From NCBI GenBank assembly GCA_039794305.1, contig JBDIVX010000019.1, positions 424 through 64,423 on the forward strand: a DNA stretch of 64,000 bases, given 5' to 3'. The translations under genes were made by a program, and so were the position numbers. A model generated the notes under the pieces. The model saw nothing but the letters and a program-made list of their open reading frames with translations, was not told the DNA's origin and made no database searches. The DNA comes from Polyangiales bacterium. Lineage in GTDB: Bacteria; Myxococcota_A; Polyangia; Polyangiales; JBDIVX01. Shown here piece after piece: positions 36,953 through 46,939 of this stretch (positions are counted from its first letter, which is position 1; the number at the start of each line of letters is the position of its first letter).

Positions 36953-38314
36953 ATGGCGAAGACGGCCGGCAACGAAGTCACGCAAAGCCAGCGTCACCTG
37001 CGGGTCGCGCTGCTCTGGAACGGCACGCTCCAGGCCGAGGAGACGCTCGATCAGCCCCGGCCGGTGGTCCTCGGCTACGGAGCGAACGCCCTGTTCCCGC
37101 TGCCGGAGGGCGTGGCCGCCGACGATCAGTTGATCTTGCTGGAGCCGTCGGGCCAGGGCTACCGGTTCAAGCACTCCGCAGCCATGGGCGGCGACGTCTG
37201 GCTCAACGGCAACCGGACGTCCGTCTCGTCGCTCGGCGGCGACGTGCAGCTCGGCCCGGACGACTACGGCGTGGTGACGCTCGGCACGGTCGCCGTCTTC
37301 TTCCAGCACGTGAAGGCTGCGCGCAAGGCGCCGCGCAGTCCCTTCGCGTTCGACGCGGGGCTCGTCGCCAGCATCGGGCTGTCGCTGTTCCTGTTCGCGT
37401 CGTTCCGCGTGGTGATGCTGATGGCGGCGGCCGAGATGCCCGACCCCGACCCGCTCGAGCTTCCGACGGACCTCATCCGGCGCTTCATGGTGACGCCGCC
37501 TCCCGAGGACATCCTCGAGCAGATGCAGCAGAGCGGCACGGACACCGAGGACCCCGGCCTCCGGGACCGGGACGAGACCGGTGGCCGCCGGCACGAAGGG
37601 GAAGAGGGGCGCGTCGGCCGCGAAGACGCCCAGCAGGAGGACACCGAGATCGCGGGCGAGCACACGACCGAGGTCGCGGCGCGCGTTCGCAACATGGGCT
37701 TGCTCGGCGCGCTCTCGGGAGGCGGTGAGGGCAACGCCATCGCCGATGCGCTCGACGTGCCCAACGTGAGCGACATGCTGAGCGGGCTCGGCCACGCGCG
37801 GAACATCCTCGGACGCGGATCGGGCGGCGCGGGGCTGCGCGGAACCGGCAGCGGGGGCGGCGGCGACGGGCCGGGCAGCCTCTTCGGCGCGGGCGACATC
37901 GGCACCGGGGTCGGCGCAGGCCGCGGCGGCGGCCTCGGGCGGGGCAGCGGCGGCGTGGGCGTGCCCGGCCGGGAGCGCCGCGAGCGCCAGATCAGCGTCC
38001 AGCGCGGATCCCCGCGCGTGAACGGTTACCTCTCGCCCGAGCAGATCAACCGGGTGGTCATGGCCAACCAGGCCGCCATCCGGTACTGCTACGAGGTCGA
38101 GGTGCAGCGCCAGCCGAACCTGCGCGGGCGCGTCTCGATCAACTGGCGCATCAACCTGCAGGGCAGCGTGACGAGCGCGCGCGTCGCCGAGAGCACGCTG
38201 CGCAACGCGCGCGTCGAGGGGTGCATGGTCCGGCAGATCCGCCGCTGGCGCTTCCCCCAGCCCGACGGCGGCGAGGTCGTCGTCACCTACCCGTTCATCT
38301 TCGGCGTCCAGTAG
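36953..38314 (+). CDS. TonB-like energy transducer, GltG/PglI (NfsG)-like
   Basis: FHA-like N-terminal beta domain, one TM helix, Gly-rich linker, C-terminal IRYCYE...LRGRV...WRFPQPDGG.VVVTYPF. Confidence 0.85.
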   Translation: MAKTAGNEVTQSQRHLRVALLWNGTLQAEETLDQPRPVVLGYGANALFPLPEGVAADDQLILLEPSGQGYRFKHSAAMGGDVWLNGNRTSVSSLGGDVQLGPDDYGVVTLGTVAVFFQHVKAARKAPRSPFAFDAGLVASIGLSLFLFASFRVVMLMAAAEMPDPDPLELPTDLIRRFMVTPPPEDILEQMQQSGTDTEDPGLRDRDETGGRRHEGEEGRVGREDAQQEDTEIAGEHTTEVAARVRNMGLLGALSGGGEGNAIADALDVPNVSDMLSGLGHARNILGRGSGGAGLRGTGSGGGGDGPGSLFGAGDIGTGVGAGRGGGLGRGSGGVGVPGRERRERQISVQRGSPRVNGYLSPEQINRVVMANQAAIRYCYEVEVQRQPNLRGRVSINWRINLQGSVTSARVAESTLRNARVEGCMVRQIRRWRFPQPDGGEVVVTYPFIFGVQ

Positions 38315-38359
38315 CCATCGGGGGACTTGATCCCGCGCCCGTGCCCTTAGGGCGGGGGC

Positions 38360-39391
38360 ATGGGTGCTCGAATTCCCCCCGTCGCCCACTTCGTCTGGTT
38401 CGGGCGCGAGCTGCCGTGGGTGTACTTGCTCGCGGTCCGCTCGGCGGCGCTTCGAGGCGGCTTCGACCGCGTCGTCTTCCACCACGAGCCCGAGCTCGCC
38501 CGCTCGTGCGCGTGGCAGGCGCTGCGGAGGATTCCCCGCATCGAGCTGCGCCCGCTCGAGCCCGGGCGCACGCTGTCCGCGTGCCCGGACGGGGCGTCCC
38601 TCGTGCGGATCTACGAGACCCTCCGGGAGCCCGCGGCCCGCGCCAACATGGTCCGCGCCGCGATCCTGTACCGCGAGGGCGGCGTGTACCTCGACACGGA
38701 CACGATCACCGTCACCTCCTTCGGGCCCCTCCGCCACCAGGCGGGGGCGTTCTGCGGGCAGGAGCACATCGTCTTCCCGGGAGCGGTCCGCCGCTCGACC
38801 GACCCGCGCGTCCGCACGGCGGCGGCCCTCCGAAGCCTCGCGCGGGCGGCGATGCGCGAGACCCCGGGGGGATGGCGCGCCTTCCGGCGCATCGAGCGCT
38901 TCTATCCGCGTGCCGTCAACAACGCGGTCCTCGGGAGCGCCCCCGGCCATCCCCTGGCCGCCGCGCTGCTCGCCGCCATGGTGCGGCTCCCACCCGAGCG
39001 GCGTCTCGTCCGCTACGCGCTCGGCACCCATCTCCTCCAGGACGTGGCCACTGCCTTCGACGGCGACGACCTGCGCGTCCACGAGCCCGCGGTGTTCTAT
39101 CCGCTCGGCCCGGAGATCTCGACGCATTGGTTCCGCGTCGGCGAGCGCGCTTCGCTCGACGAGGTGCTCCGACCCGAGACGCGCCTCGTGCACTGGTACG
39201 CCTCGGTGCGGACGCGGGAGGCGATCGCGCGCATCGACCCCGCGTGGGTCGCGTGCCACGCCGAGACGCAGCTCTTCTCGGCCCTGGCCCTACCGCTGCT
39301 CGACGAGCTCGAGCGCGCCACCGTCGCCGGAACGGCGCAGGATCGCGGTGCCCTTCTCCGTGGCCCGGTACTCGGCGTCGAAGCCCGGTAG
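38360..39391 (+). CDS. Glycosyltransferase (DXD sugar-binding, GT32-like)
   Basis: IPPVAHFVWFG, ANMVRAAILYREGGVYLDTD, NNAVLGSAPGHP. Confidence 0.85.
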   Translation: MGARIPPVAHFVWFGRELPWVYLLAVRSAALRGGFDRVVFHHEPELARSCAWQALRRIPRIELRPLEPGRTLSACPDGASLVRIYETLREPAARANMVRAAILYREGGVYLDTDTITVTSFGPLRHQAGAFCGQEHIVFPGAVRRSTDPRVRTAAALRSLARAAMRETPGGWRAFRRIERFYPRAVNNAVLGSAPGHPLAAALLAAMVRLPPERRLVRYALGTHLLQDVATAFDGDDLRVHEPAVFYPLGPEISTHWFRVGERASLDEVLRPETRLVHWYASVRTREAIARIDPAWVACHAETQLFSALALPLLDELERATVAGTAQDRGALLRGPVLGVEAR

Positions 39392-40054
39392 CATCTCGGT
39401 CCACCGGCGCACCGCCTCGCGCTCGTCGGGCCGCCGCGCGTCGTCGAGGATCACGACGGCGTCGTCCGCCAGGCGCTTCGCGAGCTCCGGCAGCGCGGGG
39501 AAGCGCGCGAGCCGCTGATCCTCGCCGGGCGGACCGTCGATGACGAGCAGGTCGATCGGCCCGAGGTCGAGCTCCGCGAGCGCATCGAGCGAGTACCAGC
39601 GCACCGGGCCCACGGCGGTCCGGGTCTCCCGAAGCGGGGCGTGCACGACCCGTGCGACGTCCTCGAGGCCGTGCAGCGCGAGGAGCCGGCGGGTCGCCTC
39701 GCAGAAGGGCTCCTCGTGCTCGAGGGAGACGACGCGCCCGCCCTCGCCGAGATCGCGCAGGGCGTAGGCCGAGAGCACGGTCGAGAGCCCGCTCCCCAGC
39801 TCGAGCACGACACGCGGGCGCCGCTCGTACACCGTCTGCACGACGATGCGGAGCAGCTCGGGGCTCGCCATCCAGGGACCCCCCGGCGGGAGCGGCACCC
39901 GCGGCCGGACGACCGCGTAGATCGCGTTCCACGCCTCGAGACGCCGGTAGCGGCTCTCGATCTCGGAGCGGATCGTGGAGGCCACGATCACGAGCGCGGC
40001 CACCACGACCGCGGCCGCGCCCGCCGCCGCGGCCCACGCCGGAAAGCTCTCCAC
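39290..40054 (-). CDS. Membrane-anchored class I SAM methyltransferase (Methyltransf_24-like)
   Basis: N-terminal TM helix, VLELGSGLST, SLEHE, IDLLVIDGPP, LDDA. 3' end overlaps the GT gene by about 100 bp. Confidence 0.82.
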   Translation of the reverse strand: MESFPAWAAAAGAAAVVVAALVIVASTIRSEIESRYRRLEAWNAIYAVVRPRVPLPPGGPWMASPELLRIVVQTVYERRPRVVLELGSGLSTVLSAYALRDLGEGGRVVSLEHEEPFCEATRRLLALHGLEDVARVVHAPLRETRTAVGPVRWYSLDALAELDLGPIDLLVIDGPPGEDQRLARFPALPELAKRLADDAVVILDDARRPDEREAVRRWTEMLPGFDAEYRATEKGTAILRRSGDGGALELVEQR

Positions 40055-40147
40055 GGCCCCACGCTTAGCGTTCTCGCGACCCGGCGACAAGCCGCCGGCA
40101 TCGAATCGTCACGTTGCAGTCGCGGCAAGGAGTGGAATGGATGGGGC

Positions 40148-41665
40148 GTGGGCTCGTACGAGCGAGAGCTGCGGAGGGGCGCCTTCTTCAACGCGCTCGG
40201 TCTCGTCGCCAAGGCGCTCGAGCCGCTCTTCGTGCTCTTCGCCACGTGGCTCTTCGGGCCCGAGGTGATGGGCGTCTACCTCGTCGCCTTCTTCCTCTCG
40301 GAGCTCGCGGCGGGCGCGATCAGCACGGGCTTCGCGGACGCGACCACGGTGTTCGCGAGCCACGAGGTCGATCACGCCGGGAGCGATCCGGAGGCCTCGC
40401 GGCGGCTCCACGCCGTCGTCGCGAACGCGCTCCTGTGGACGCTCGGGGCGAGCCTCGCCGCCGCCGCGCTCACGCAGCTCTTCGCCGAGCCGCTCGTCCG
40501 CGTGGCGTTCCCCGAGCACGGCGCGCTCCTGCCGGGCCTGTACTGGGTGGGGTGGTCGCTCGTGCCGTTCGCCTTCGCGCAGGTCGCCATCGCCGCCACC
40601 AAGGCACACATGCGCATGGAGTACGACGCGCTGCTCTCGGCGGTCCGGCCCGTGACCATGATCGGCTTCGCCCTCCTCGCCTGGTCCGCGGGCGGCGGAG
40701 CGACCGAGCTGCTCGCGGCCCACCTCGCCTCCTGGGTGGTGTCGGCGCTCGTCGCGGCGGTGGCGTTCGCGCGCCACCACGACCTCTCCGCCCTCGCGTC
40801 GGCGCTCCGCCGCCCGACTCCGCACCGCCGCATGCTCGCGTTCGCCGTGCCCCAGAGCCTCAACCTCACACTGAACCGGTACATCACCCGGCTCGACGCC
40901 CTCATGCTCGCGGCCATGGGCTTCGGCGCCGTCCAGGTCGCCTGGTACGGCACGGCGGCGCTCCTCACGAGCAACCTCAAGCAGATCCGCCTGGTGTTCA
41001 GCGGCGCCCTCGCGCCCATCGCGGCGCGCCACCACGCGGCGGGCGAGCGGGACGCCCTCGAGTCCGCGCTCGGCCGGCTCTCGCGATCGAGCATGCGCAT
41101 CGCCGTGCCCGCCGTGCTCGCCGCCGTCGTCCTCCGCGACGACGTCCTCAGCCTGGTCGACGAGGCCTACTCCGGCGACAGCCTCTTCATCGCGCTCCTG
41201 CTCCTCCCACCGCTCGGGAGCTGCGCCTACGGCCTCGCCGGCAACTGCCTCGTGTACACCGGGCACACCCGCTGGACGCTCCTCAACAGCCTGACGGTGG
41301 CGGCCCTCAACACGGTGCTCAACCTGCTGCTCATCCCCCGGCTCGGGCTGACGGGCGCCGCGCTCGCGACCGTGATCGCCACCTCCCTCGTGACGGCGCT
41401 CCAGATGATCGAGCTGCGCGCGCTCGAGGGCATCGCGATCCGCTGGCGCGACGTCGGACGCCCGCACCTCGGCCTCGCCGCCGCCGTGGTGGTCCTCGTC
41501 GTTCTCTGGGATCCCGCGAGCCTCCCGCACCTCGGCGCCCGGCTCGCCGTGGCGCTGCTCCTCTCGGCCGTGTTCGTCGCCGTCGCCGTACCGCTTCCGG
41601 CCCTGAGGCCCGCTGCCCCCGCGCGGGGGGCGGCTCCCCCGACCCGACGCGGAAGCGACTCGTGA
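40148..41665 (+). CDS. Polysaccharide flippase (Wzx/MOP superfamily)
   Basis: About 12-14 TM helices; LFGPEVMGVY, RLDALML, LNLLLIPRLGLTGAALAT. Confidence 0.85.
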   Translation: MGSYERELRRGAFFNALGLVAKALEPLFVLFATWLFGPEVMGVYLVAFFLSELAAGAISTGFADATTVFASHEVDHAGSDPEASRRLHAVVANALLWTLGASLAAAALTQLFAEPLVRVAFPEHGALLPGLYWVGWSLVPFAFAQVAIAATKAHMRMEYDALLSAVRPVTMIGFALLAWSAGGGATELLAAHLASWVVSALVAAVAFARHHDLSALASALRRPTPHRRMLAFAVPQSLNLTLNRYITRLDALMLAAMGFGAVQVAWYGTAALLTSNLKQIRLVFSGALAPIAARHHAAGERDALESALGRLSRSSMRIAVPAVLAAVVLRDDVLSLVDEAYSGDSLFIALLLLPPLGSCAYGLAGNCLVYTGHTRWTLLNSLTVAALNTVLNLLLIPRLGLTGAALATVIATSLVTALQMIELRALEGIAIRWRDVGRPHLGLAAAVVVLVVLWDPASLPHLGARLAVALLLSAVFVAVAVPLPALRPAAPARGAAPPTRRGSDS

Positions 41666-41726
41666 TCCCTCTGCTTTTCCCTGGTACGCTCGATGCACGG
41701 CATCCGCCCGAATCGAGGTCTGCGGC

Positions 41727-42551
41727 ATGCGCTCGACGATCCGCTACGCGTTCGCGCTCTGTTTGCTTCCGCTCCTCGGCTGCGTGGCCGAGGAGGAGTA
41801 CGTGGGCGAAGGCGGCCTCACCGCCTTCGCGGTCACCACCGACACGCCGCCGTTCTTCGAGGGCGAGGAGGCGTCGCTCTACCTGGTCGAGGCCCGGGTC
41901 GAGCTCCCCATCACCCCGCCGACCAATCAGGATCTCGAGCGCCTGCGCGCCAACGTCGGGGACATGGCCGTCCCGTGGGAGCGCCTGCCCTGGGTCCGCC
42001 GTGACGACCTGGCCATCGAGATCGACTGGGCGCTCACCAACCTGACGGAGAGCGGCGCCCGCGTGGCCCTCGTCCTCAACGGCTTCAACGAGTTCCACGA
42101 GTACAGCCCCGCCTTCGTGGTCGACGACGACGAGGTCATCCCCGACTTCGCGCAGTACGAGCGCGACATGGAGATCGAGCCCTTCGAGACCCGCACCGGC
42201 ACGATCCGCGCCGAGCACCTCGACGAGGTGGCCATCGACCTCTCGACCGTCGTGAACGGCGCGCCCAACTCGAACCAGGTGGTCTATTTCGACAGCGACT
42301 CCCACACCGACCCGCGCGTCCAGCCCTACATCCCGCCGATCATCGCGGGCCTCACCGGGTTCCGCCTCGGCATCCGCGCCACGGGCCTGCCCGACACCGA
42401 GTGTCCCGACGGCGGGTGCGGCGTGCTGGTCCTCGAGGCCTCGGTCCGGGTCAAGGACGAGGGGGACCGGCTCGCGAGCGGGGACGACGAGGCCTGGCAG
42501 CTCCCACAGCCGGCCCTCTTCACGCCCGTGGCGGCGATGGCCGAGCCCTGA
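41727..42551 (+). CDS. Hypothetical lipoprotein
   Basis: Lipobox LLGC followed by an acidic beta-rich body. Confidence 0.75.
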   Translation: MRSTIRYAFALCLLPLLGCVAEEEYVGEGGLTAFAVTTDTPPFFEGEEASLYLVEARVELPITPPTNQDLERLRANVGDMAVPWERLPWVRRDDLAIEIDWALTNLTESGARVALVLNGFNEFHEYSPAFVVDDDEVIPDFAQYERDMEIEPFETRTGTIRAEHLDEVAIDLSTVVNGAPNSNQVVYFDSDSHTDPRVQPYIPPIIAGLTGFRLGIRATGLPDTECPDGGCGVLVLEASVRVKDEGDRLASGDDEAWQLPQPALFTPVAAMAEP

Positions 42552-42594
42552 GTTTTCACCACTCTTGCCGCGACCATCTGGTAGGCTCGCCGCC

Positions 42595-43257
42595 GTGCGC
42601 GTCGCCGCCCCGCTCCTCGCAGCCGCCCTGCTGGTGAGCGCGTCCGCACGCGCGCAGGACGCCGAGGAGGAGCTCCTTCCGGAGGGTCCCGACCCGACCC
42701 GCCTCGACGTCGAGCGCCTGCCCCCCGAGGCGATCGAGATCACCCGCGACCTCTACTCGCACGGCCTGTTCGTGGAGGGCTGGGTGGGCGCCCGTGGGTT
42801 CCGCGGCGGCATCGGCCGGGTGTCGCAGACGGGGCTCTACGCCAGCGTCGGCGTCGGCTACGAGGTCGTCTCCTGGTTGTGGGTGCGCGCCGTCGTCGAG
42901 GGCTCGATCCACGGCACCGACGCACCGCCGCCGCCGACCGCCACCGTGTTCGAGCTGCTCGGTGCCCTCGCCGAGATCCGCCTCCAGGTGAACCTGTCGG
43001 CGCGGGCGGCGCTGTGGCTCTCGGGCGAGGGCGGCATCGTGGTCGCCACCGGCGACGTGCTCCGGTCCTACGGCTACGACCAGTCGGACGGGATCGGGCT
43101 CATGTACGGAGGCAGCCTCGGGTTCGACTGGCACATGGTCAACCGCCACCACAGCATCGGGCTGGTTGGCGGCTCCCGCCTGTACCCGTCGCTCGACGTC
43201 CCGGGCGACCGCGCCTTCGGCATCCACGGCGCGGCGTACATGCGCTACGTCTTCTAG
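42595..43257 (+). CDS. Small outer-membrane beta-barrel, possibly GltH/CglE-like
   Basis: Signal peptide ending SARA, about 8 amphipathic strands, C-terminal YMRYVF. The GltH assignment is tentative. Confidence 0.6.
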   Translation: MRVAAPLLAAALLVSASARAQDAEEELLPEGPDPTRLDVERLPPEAIEITRDLYSHGLFVEGWVGARGFRGGIGRVSQTGLYASVGVGYEVVSWLWVRAVVEGSIHGTDAPPPPTATVFELLGALAEIRLQVNLSARAALWLSGEGGIVVATGDVLRSYGYDQSDGIGLMYGGSLGFDWHMVNRHHSIGLVGGSRLYPSLDVPGDRAFGIHGAAYMRYVF

Positions 43258-43299
43258 GTCCTCGGTCGGGAAACCCGGCCGATGGCGAGCTTGCGACGG

Positions 43300-44646
43300 C
43301 TACGGCGCGAGCCGCGCCTCGAGCGCCTCGATGTCGGGGTTCTCGGCGTCGTAGAGGCGCGCCTCGTCGACCGCTGACCGCGCACCCGCGAGATCGCCGC
43401 GGGCGATGAGCTCCTCGGCGCGCTCGATGGCGTCCTTCGCCCTCTCCTCCCGGTCGTGCGCGGTGAGCTCGGAGGGGGAGGGGAGCTGCGTCGCGGCGCC
43501 GGCGTCGTTCGCCGCCGGGCCGATCACCACCGCGGCGGCGTCCGGTGCGCGGGCCTCGCCCCCGGCCGGGCCCACCGGCTCCCGGTCCACCCGGCCGGCG
43601 TCCGGCGCTCCGTCGGCCACCACCGGGTCGCCGTCGGTCCCCTCCCGCCCGAACGCGAACACGATGGCGATCCCCACGGCGAGCGCCCCGGCGAGCACCG
43701 CGGCGAACGCCAGGCCGCTCCCGCGCCGCTCGCGCGTGCGTGCCGGCGACGCTGCCTGCACGGAAGACGCCATGGTCGCCGCGGCTGGATCCACGTGGAG
43801 CAGGCCCGCGCCCTCGAACGCCTCGCGGAACGCGTGCGTGAGCTCGCGTGCGCTCCGGTGGCGATCCACCGGGCTCTTCGACAGCGCGCGCATCAGGACG
43901 GCGTCCACCTCCTTCGGCACGGCCGCGCCTTTCGCGACCTCGCTCGGCGGCGGGGGCTGGTCGTGGATGACCTTGTGCGCGACCGCCACCGCGTCGTCAC
44001 CCGGGAACGCCCGGACGCCCGACACCACCTCGTACAGCACGGCGGCGAACGAGAACAGGTCGCTCTCGGGCCCGTACTTCGCTTCCTTGAGGGTCTCGGG
44101 CGCGGCATAGCACGGCGTCCCGAGGAACTGCCCCTCGCGCGTCAGCGCCGCGTTCGGAATCCGCGCGACCCCGAAGTCGGCGAGCTTCACGCGTCCGTCC
44201 TGCGCGACGAGCAGGTTGTCGGGCTTGATGTCGCGGTGGATGATCTCCCGGCCGTGCGCCGTGTCGATGGCGTCGCCTACCTCCTCGGCGAGCCGGACTG
44301 CGTGCGCCGGCGAGAGAGGCCCGCGGCTACGGATGATCTGCTTGAGGGTCGAGCCGGGGACGTACTCGAACACGAGGAAAGGCCCCATCTCCGTGTCCTG
44401 GCCGACGTCGTACACCTGCACGATCGAGGGGTGCATGAGCCGCGCGGCAGCGCGCGCCTCGTTGCGGAAGCGTTCGAGGAAGGTCTCGAGCGCGTCCTTG
44501 CCCATGTGCAGGTCGCGCAGCGTCTTGATGGCGACCGGCCGGTCCAGCTCCTGATCCCGCCCGAGGAAGACGAAGCCCATCGCCCCCGACCCGATCAGGC
44601 GGTCGACGACGTAGCGGCCGATCTTCGAGGGGATACCTTGGTCCAT
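43300..44646 (-). CDS. Membrane Ser/Thr protein kinase
   Basis: GSGAMG, VAIK, HRDIKPDN, DFG, APE, one TM helix. Confidence 0.93.
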   Translation of the reverse strand: MDQGIPSKIGRYVVDRLIGSGAMGFVFLGRDQELDRPVAIKTLRDLHMGKDALETFLERFRNEARAAARLMHPSIVQVYDVGQDTEMGPFLVFEYVPGSTLKQIIRSRGPLSPAHAVRLAEEVGDAIDTAHGREIIHRDIKPDNLLVAQDGRVKLADFGVARIPNAALTREGQFLGTPCYAAPETLKEAKYGPESDLFSFAAVLYEVVSGVRAFPGDDAVAVAHKVIHDQPPPPSEVAKGAAVPKEVDAVLMRALSKSPVDRHRSARELTHAFREAFEGAGLLHVDPAAATMASSVQAASPARTRERRGSGLAFAAVLAGALAVGIAIVFAFGREGTDGDPVVADGAPDAGRVDREPVGPAGGEARAPDAAAVVIGPAANDAGAATQLPSPSELTAHDREERAKDAIERAEELIARGDLAGARSAVDEARLYDAENPDIEALEARLAP

Positions 44647-44659
44647 CAGACGACGCGTC

Positions 44660-46069
44660 TCACAGGCGGTGCAGCTTCACCGTGTTCGGGCGGGCCGACG
44701 GAGGCCATCCTGCCACGATCGCGAACGCTTCGCCCGGCCGGCAGAGCTTCTCCCGCACGAGCAGGCTCGTCGCGATGCGCAGCGTCTCCTCCATGTCCTC
44801 GGGCGGGACCTCGATGCGCGGGACCACTCCCCACTCGAGCGCCATCTGGTTGGCGACGCCGGGATTGGACGTGATGCCGATGATCGGGGCCCGCGGCCGG
44901 TACTCGCTCAGGAGCCGTACCGTCTCGCCGCCCTGGGTGAAGGCGACGATCGCCTCGAGGGGGAGCGTGAAAGACATGAGCGCCGCCGTGCGCGCGGCGG
45001 CGTTCGACAGCTCCCAGCCGTCCCAGGACCGGACCACTCGCCCCGGGCGTTCGCGCGGCCCCTCGGCGAGCGTCTCGCGCTCCACCTCGCGGATGATCGC
45101 GTCCATCATCCGCACCGACTCGCACGGGTACTTCCCCGACGCCGTCTCGCCGCTCAGCATCAGCGCGTCCGTCCCGTCGAGCACGGCGTTCGCCACGTCC
45201 GCCGCCTCGGCGCGCGTCGGGCGCGGGTTGCGGATCATGGAGTCGAGCATCTGGGTCGCGGTGATGACGATCTTGCCGCGCTCGTTGACGGCGCGGATGA
45301 GGCGCTTCTGGATGAGCGGCACCTTCTCCGCGCCCATCTCCACGCCCAGGTCGCCGCGCGCGACCATCGCTCCGTCGGCGACGTCGCAGATCGCCTCGAG
45401 GTTCTCGATGGCCTCGGGCTTCTCCATCTTCGCGATGACGGGCGTTCCCTTGGCGAGGGCCTGCGCCTCCTCCACGTCCTCGGGACGTCTCACGAAGGAC
45501 AGGGCCACGAAGTCGACCTTCAGCTCGTCCACGGCGAAGGCCAGGTCGACCTTGTCCTTGTCCGTCAGCGCGGGCGTGCTGAGCTTCGCGCCGGGCAGGT
45601 TGAGGCCCTTGTTGTTCGACAGCGGACCGCCGACCTCGACCTCGGTGACGACGTCCCGTCCGCGCACCCCCTTGACGCGCAGCCGGAGCAGCCCGTCGTC
45701 GAGCAGGATCGCGTCGCCCTCTCGGACGTCGTCGGGGAGCGGCTCGTAGGTGACCGAGACCTGGTGGACGTCGCCCACCACGTCCCGCGGCGTCAGGACG
45801 AGCTCGGCCCCGGGCTCGAGCTCGACCCTGCCCTCGGCGAAGCGGCCCACCCGCATCTTGGGGCCGCTCAGGTCGGCCAGGATGGCCAGCGGCCGTCGTG
45901 CCCGTCTCGCCGCCTCGCGGACGAGCCCGGCGACGCGCGCGTGCTGCTCGTGGGAGCCGTGGGAGAAGTTGAGGCGGGCGCAGTCCATCCCCGCCTCCAC
46001 GAGCGCATCCACCGTCTCCTGGTCGTCGCTGGCCGGGCCCAGCGTGCACACGATCTTGGCGCGCCTCAT
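44660..46069 (-). CDS. pyk: Pyruvate kinase
   Basis: AKIVCTLGPAS, RLNFSHG, MVARGDLGVE, TATQMLDSM, MLSGETA. Confidence 0.97.
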   Translation of the reverse strand: MRRAKIVCTLGPASDDQETVDALVEAGMDCARLNFSHGSHEQHARVAGLVREAARRARRPLAILADLSGPKMRVGRFAEGRVELEPGAELVLTPRDVVGDVHQVSVTYEPLPDDVREGDAILLDDGLLRLRVKGVRGRDVVTEVEVGGPLSNNKGLNLPGAKLSTPALTDKDKVDLAFAVDELKVDFVALSFVRRPEDVEEAQALAKGTPVIAKMEKPEAIENLEAICDVADGAMVARGDLGVEMGAEKVPLIQKRLIRAVNERGKIVITATQMLDSMIRNPRPTRAEAADVANAVLDGTDALMLSGETASGKYPCESVRMMDAIIREVERETLAEGPRERPGRVVRSWDGWELSNAAARTAALMSFTLPLEAIVAFTQGGETVRLLSEYRPRAPIIGITSNPGVANQMALEWGVVPRIEVPPEDMEETLRIATSLLVREKLCRPGEAFAIVAGWPPSARPNTVKLHRL

Positions 46070-46159
46070 GGGCGGCTCATATACCCCTACACGCCGCCTC
46101 CCACCAGGCACCCCTCCGGAAGTAGCCGATTCCGCCCGGCCTGTGGCAGTCTCCCAGCC

Positions 46160-46939
46160 ATGGCTCGGCTTTCTGGGTGGGGGTTCGTCGTCCTTGGGGG
46201 GGTGCTCGCCGTCGGCTGCGCGTACCCGCGCCGCGGGACGTCACTGACTCCGGCGGGCAACCAGGTCCAGAGCCTGGGCGTGCCCGCGCACGTCTGGAAG
46301 CTCCGGCTCGTCGGCGCCTCGGTGCCGCCGCAGCGCCGCGGAGGCATGGACTGGGACGAGGACGGCGGGCTGCCCGACGCCTTCGTCCGGATCTATCGTG
46401 GAGGCGAGCTCGTCTTCGAGTCGCCCGTGCGCGAGGACACGCTCGAGCCGACGTTCGACGAGGCGCTGCCAAAGAACGTCTGGCTGCCGCCGGACCAGGA
46501 GGTGCGGCTCGAGCTCTGGGATCGCGACGACGGCCCCGCCAACGACCCGATCGGCATCTGGCGCGGCCAGGGCCTGCCTGGGAACGCCGTGCCGGACGCG
46601 GATGCCCGCATCAGCATGGAGAACGGAGCGTCGCTCACGCTCCGCCTCTCCGTCCCGGAGGCGCACCGCGGGGTCGGCGTCGCGCAGTACGAGGTGCGCA
46701 GCGACGAGCTCATCCTCCTCGAGGTCCTCGAGCACTCGCCTGCCGGCCGCGCGGGCCTCTCGGCGGGCGACCGGGTGGTCTCCATCGGGGGCCGCCGCGT
46801 GGAGGAGATGAGCGAGGCCGAGGCGGCGAGCGCCCTGTCGATGGCCGCCGACCGCCGCGAGGCGCTCTCGGTCCGCAAGACCAGCGGGCAAGAGGAGGAG
46901 GTCGAGCTCGATCGCGGCTACGTCTGGCTGACGATGTGA
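46160..46939 (+). CDS. Lipoprotein with C2 and PDZ domains
   Basis: Lipobox AVGC. C2: DWDEDGGLPDAFV, DTLEPTF, LWDRD..NDPIG. PDZ: GVGV, SPAGRAGLSAGDRVVSIGG. Confidence 0.8.
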   Translation: MARLSGWGFVVLGGVLAVGCAYPRRGTSLTPAGNQVQSLGVPAHVWKLRLVGASVPPQRRGGMDWDEDGGLPDAFVRIYRGGELVFESPVREDTLEPTFDEALPKNVWLPPDQEVRLELWDRDDGPANDPIGIWRGQGLPGNAVPDADARISMENGASLTLRLSVPEAHRGVGVAQYEVRSDELILLEVLEHSPAGRAGLSAGDRVVSIGGRRVEEMSEAEAASALSMAADRREALSVRKTSGQEEEVELDRGYVWLTM

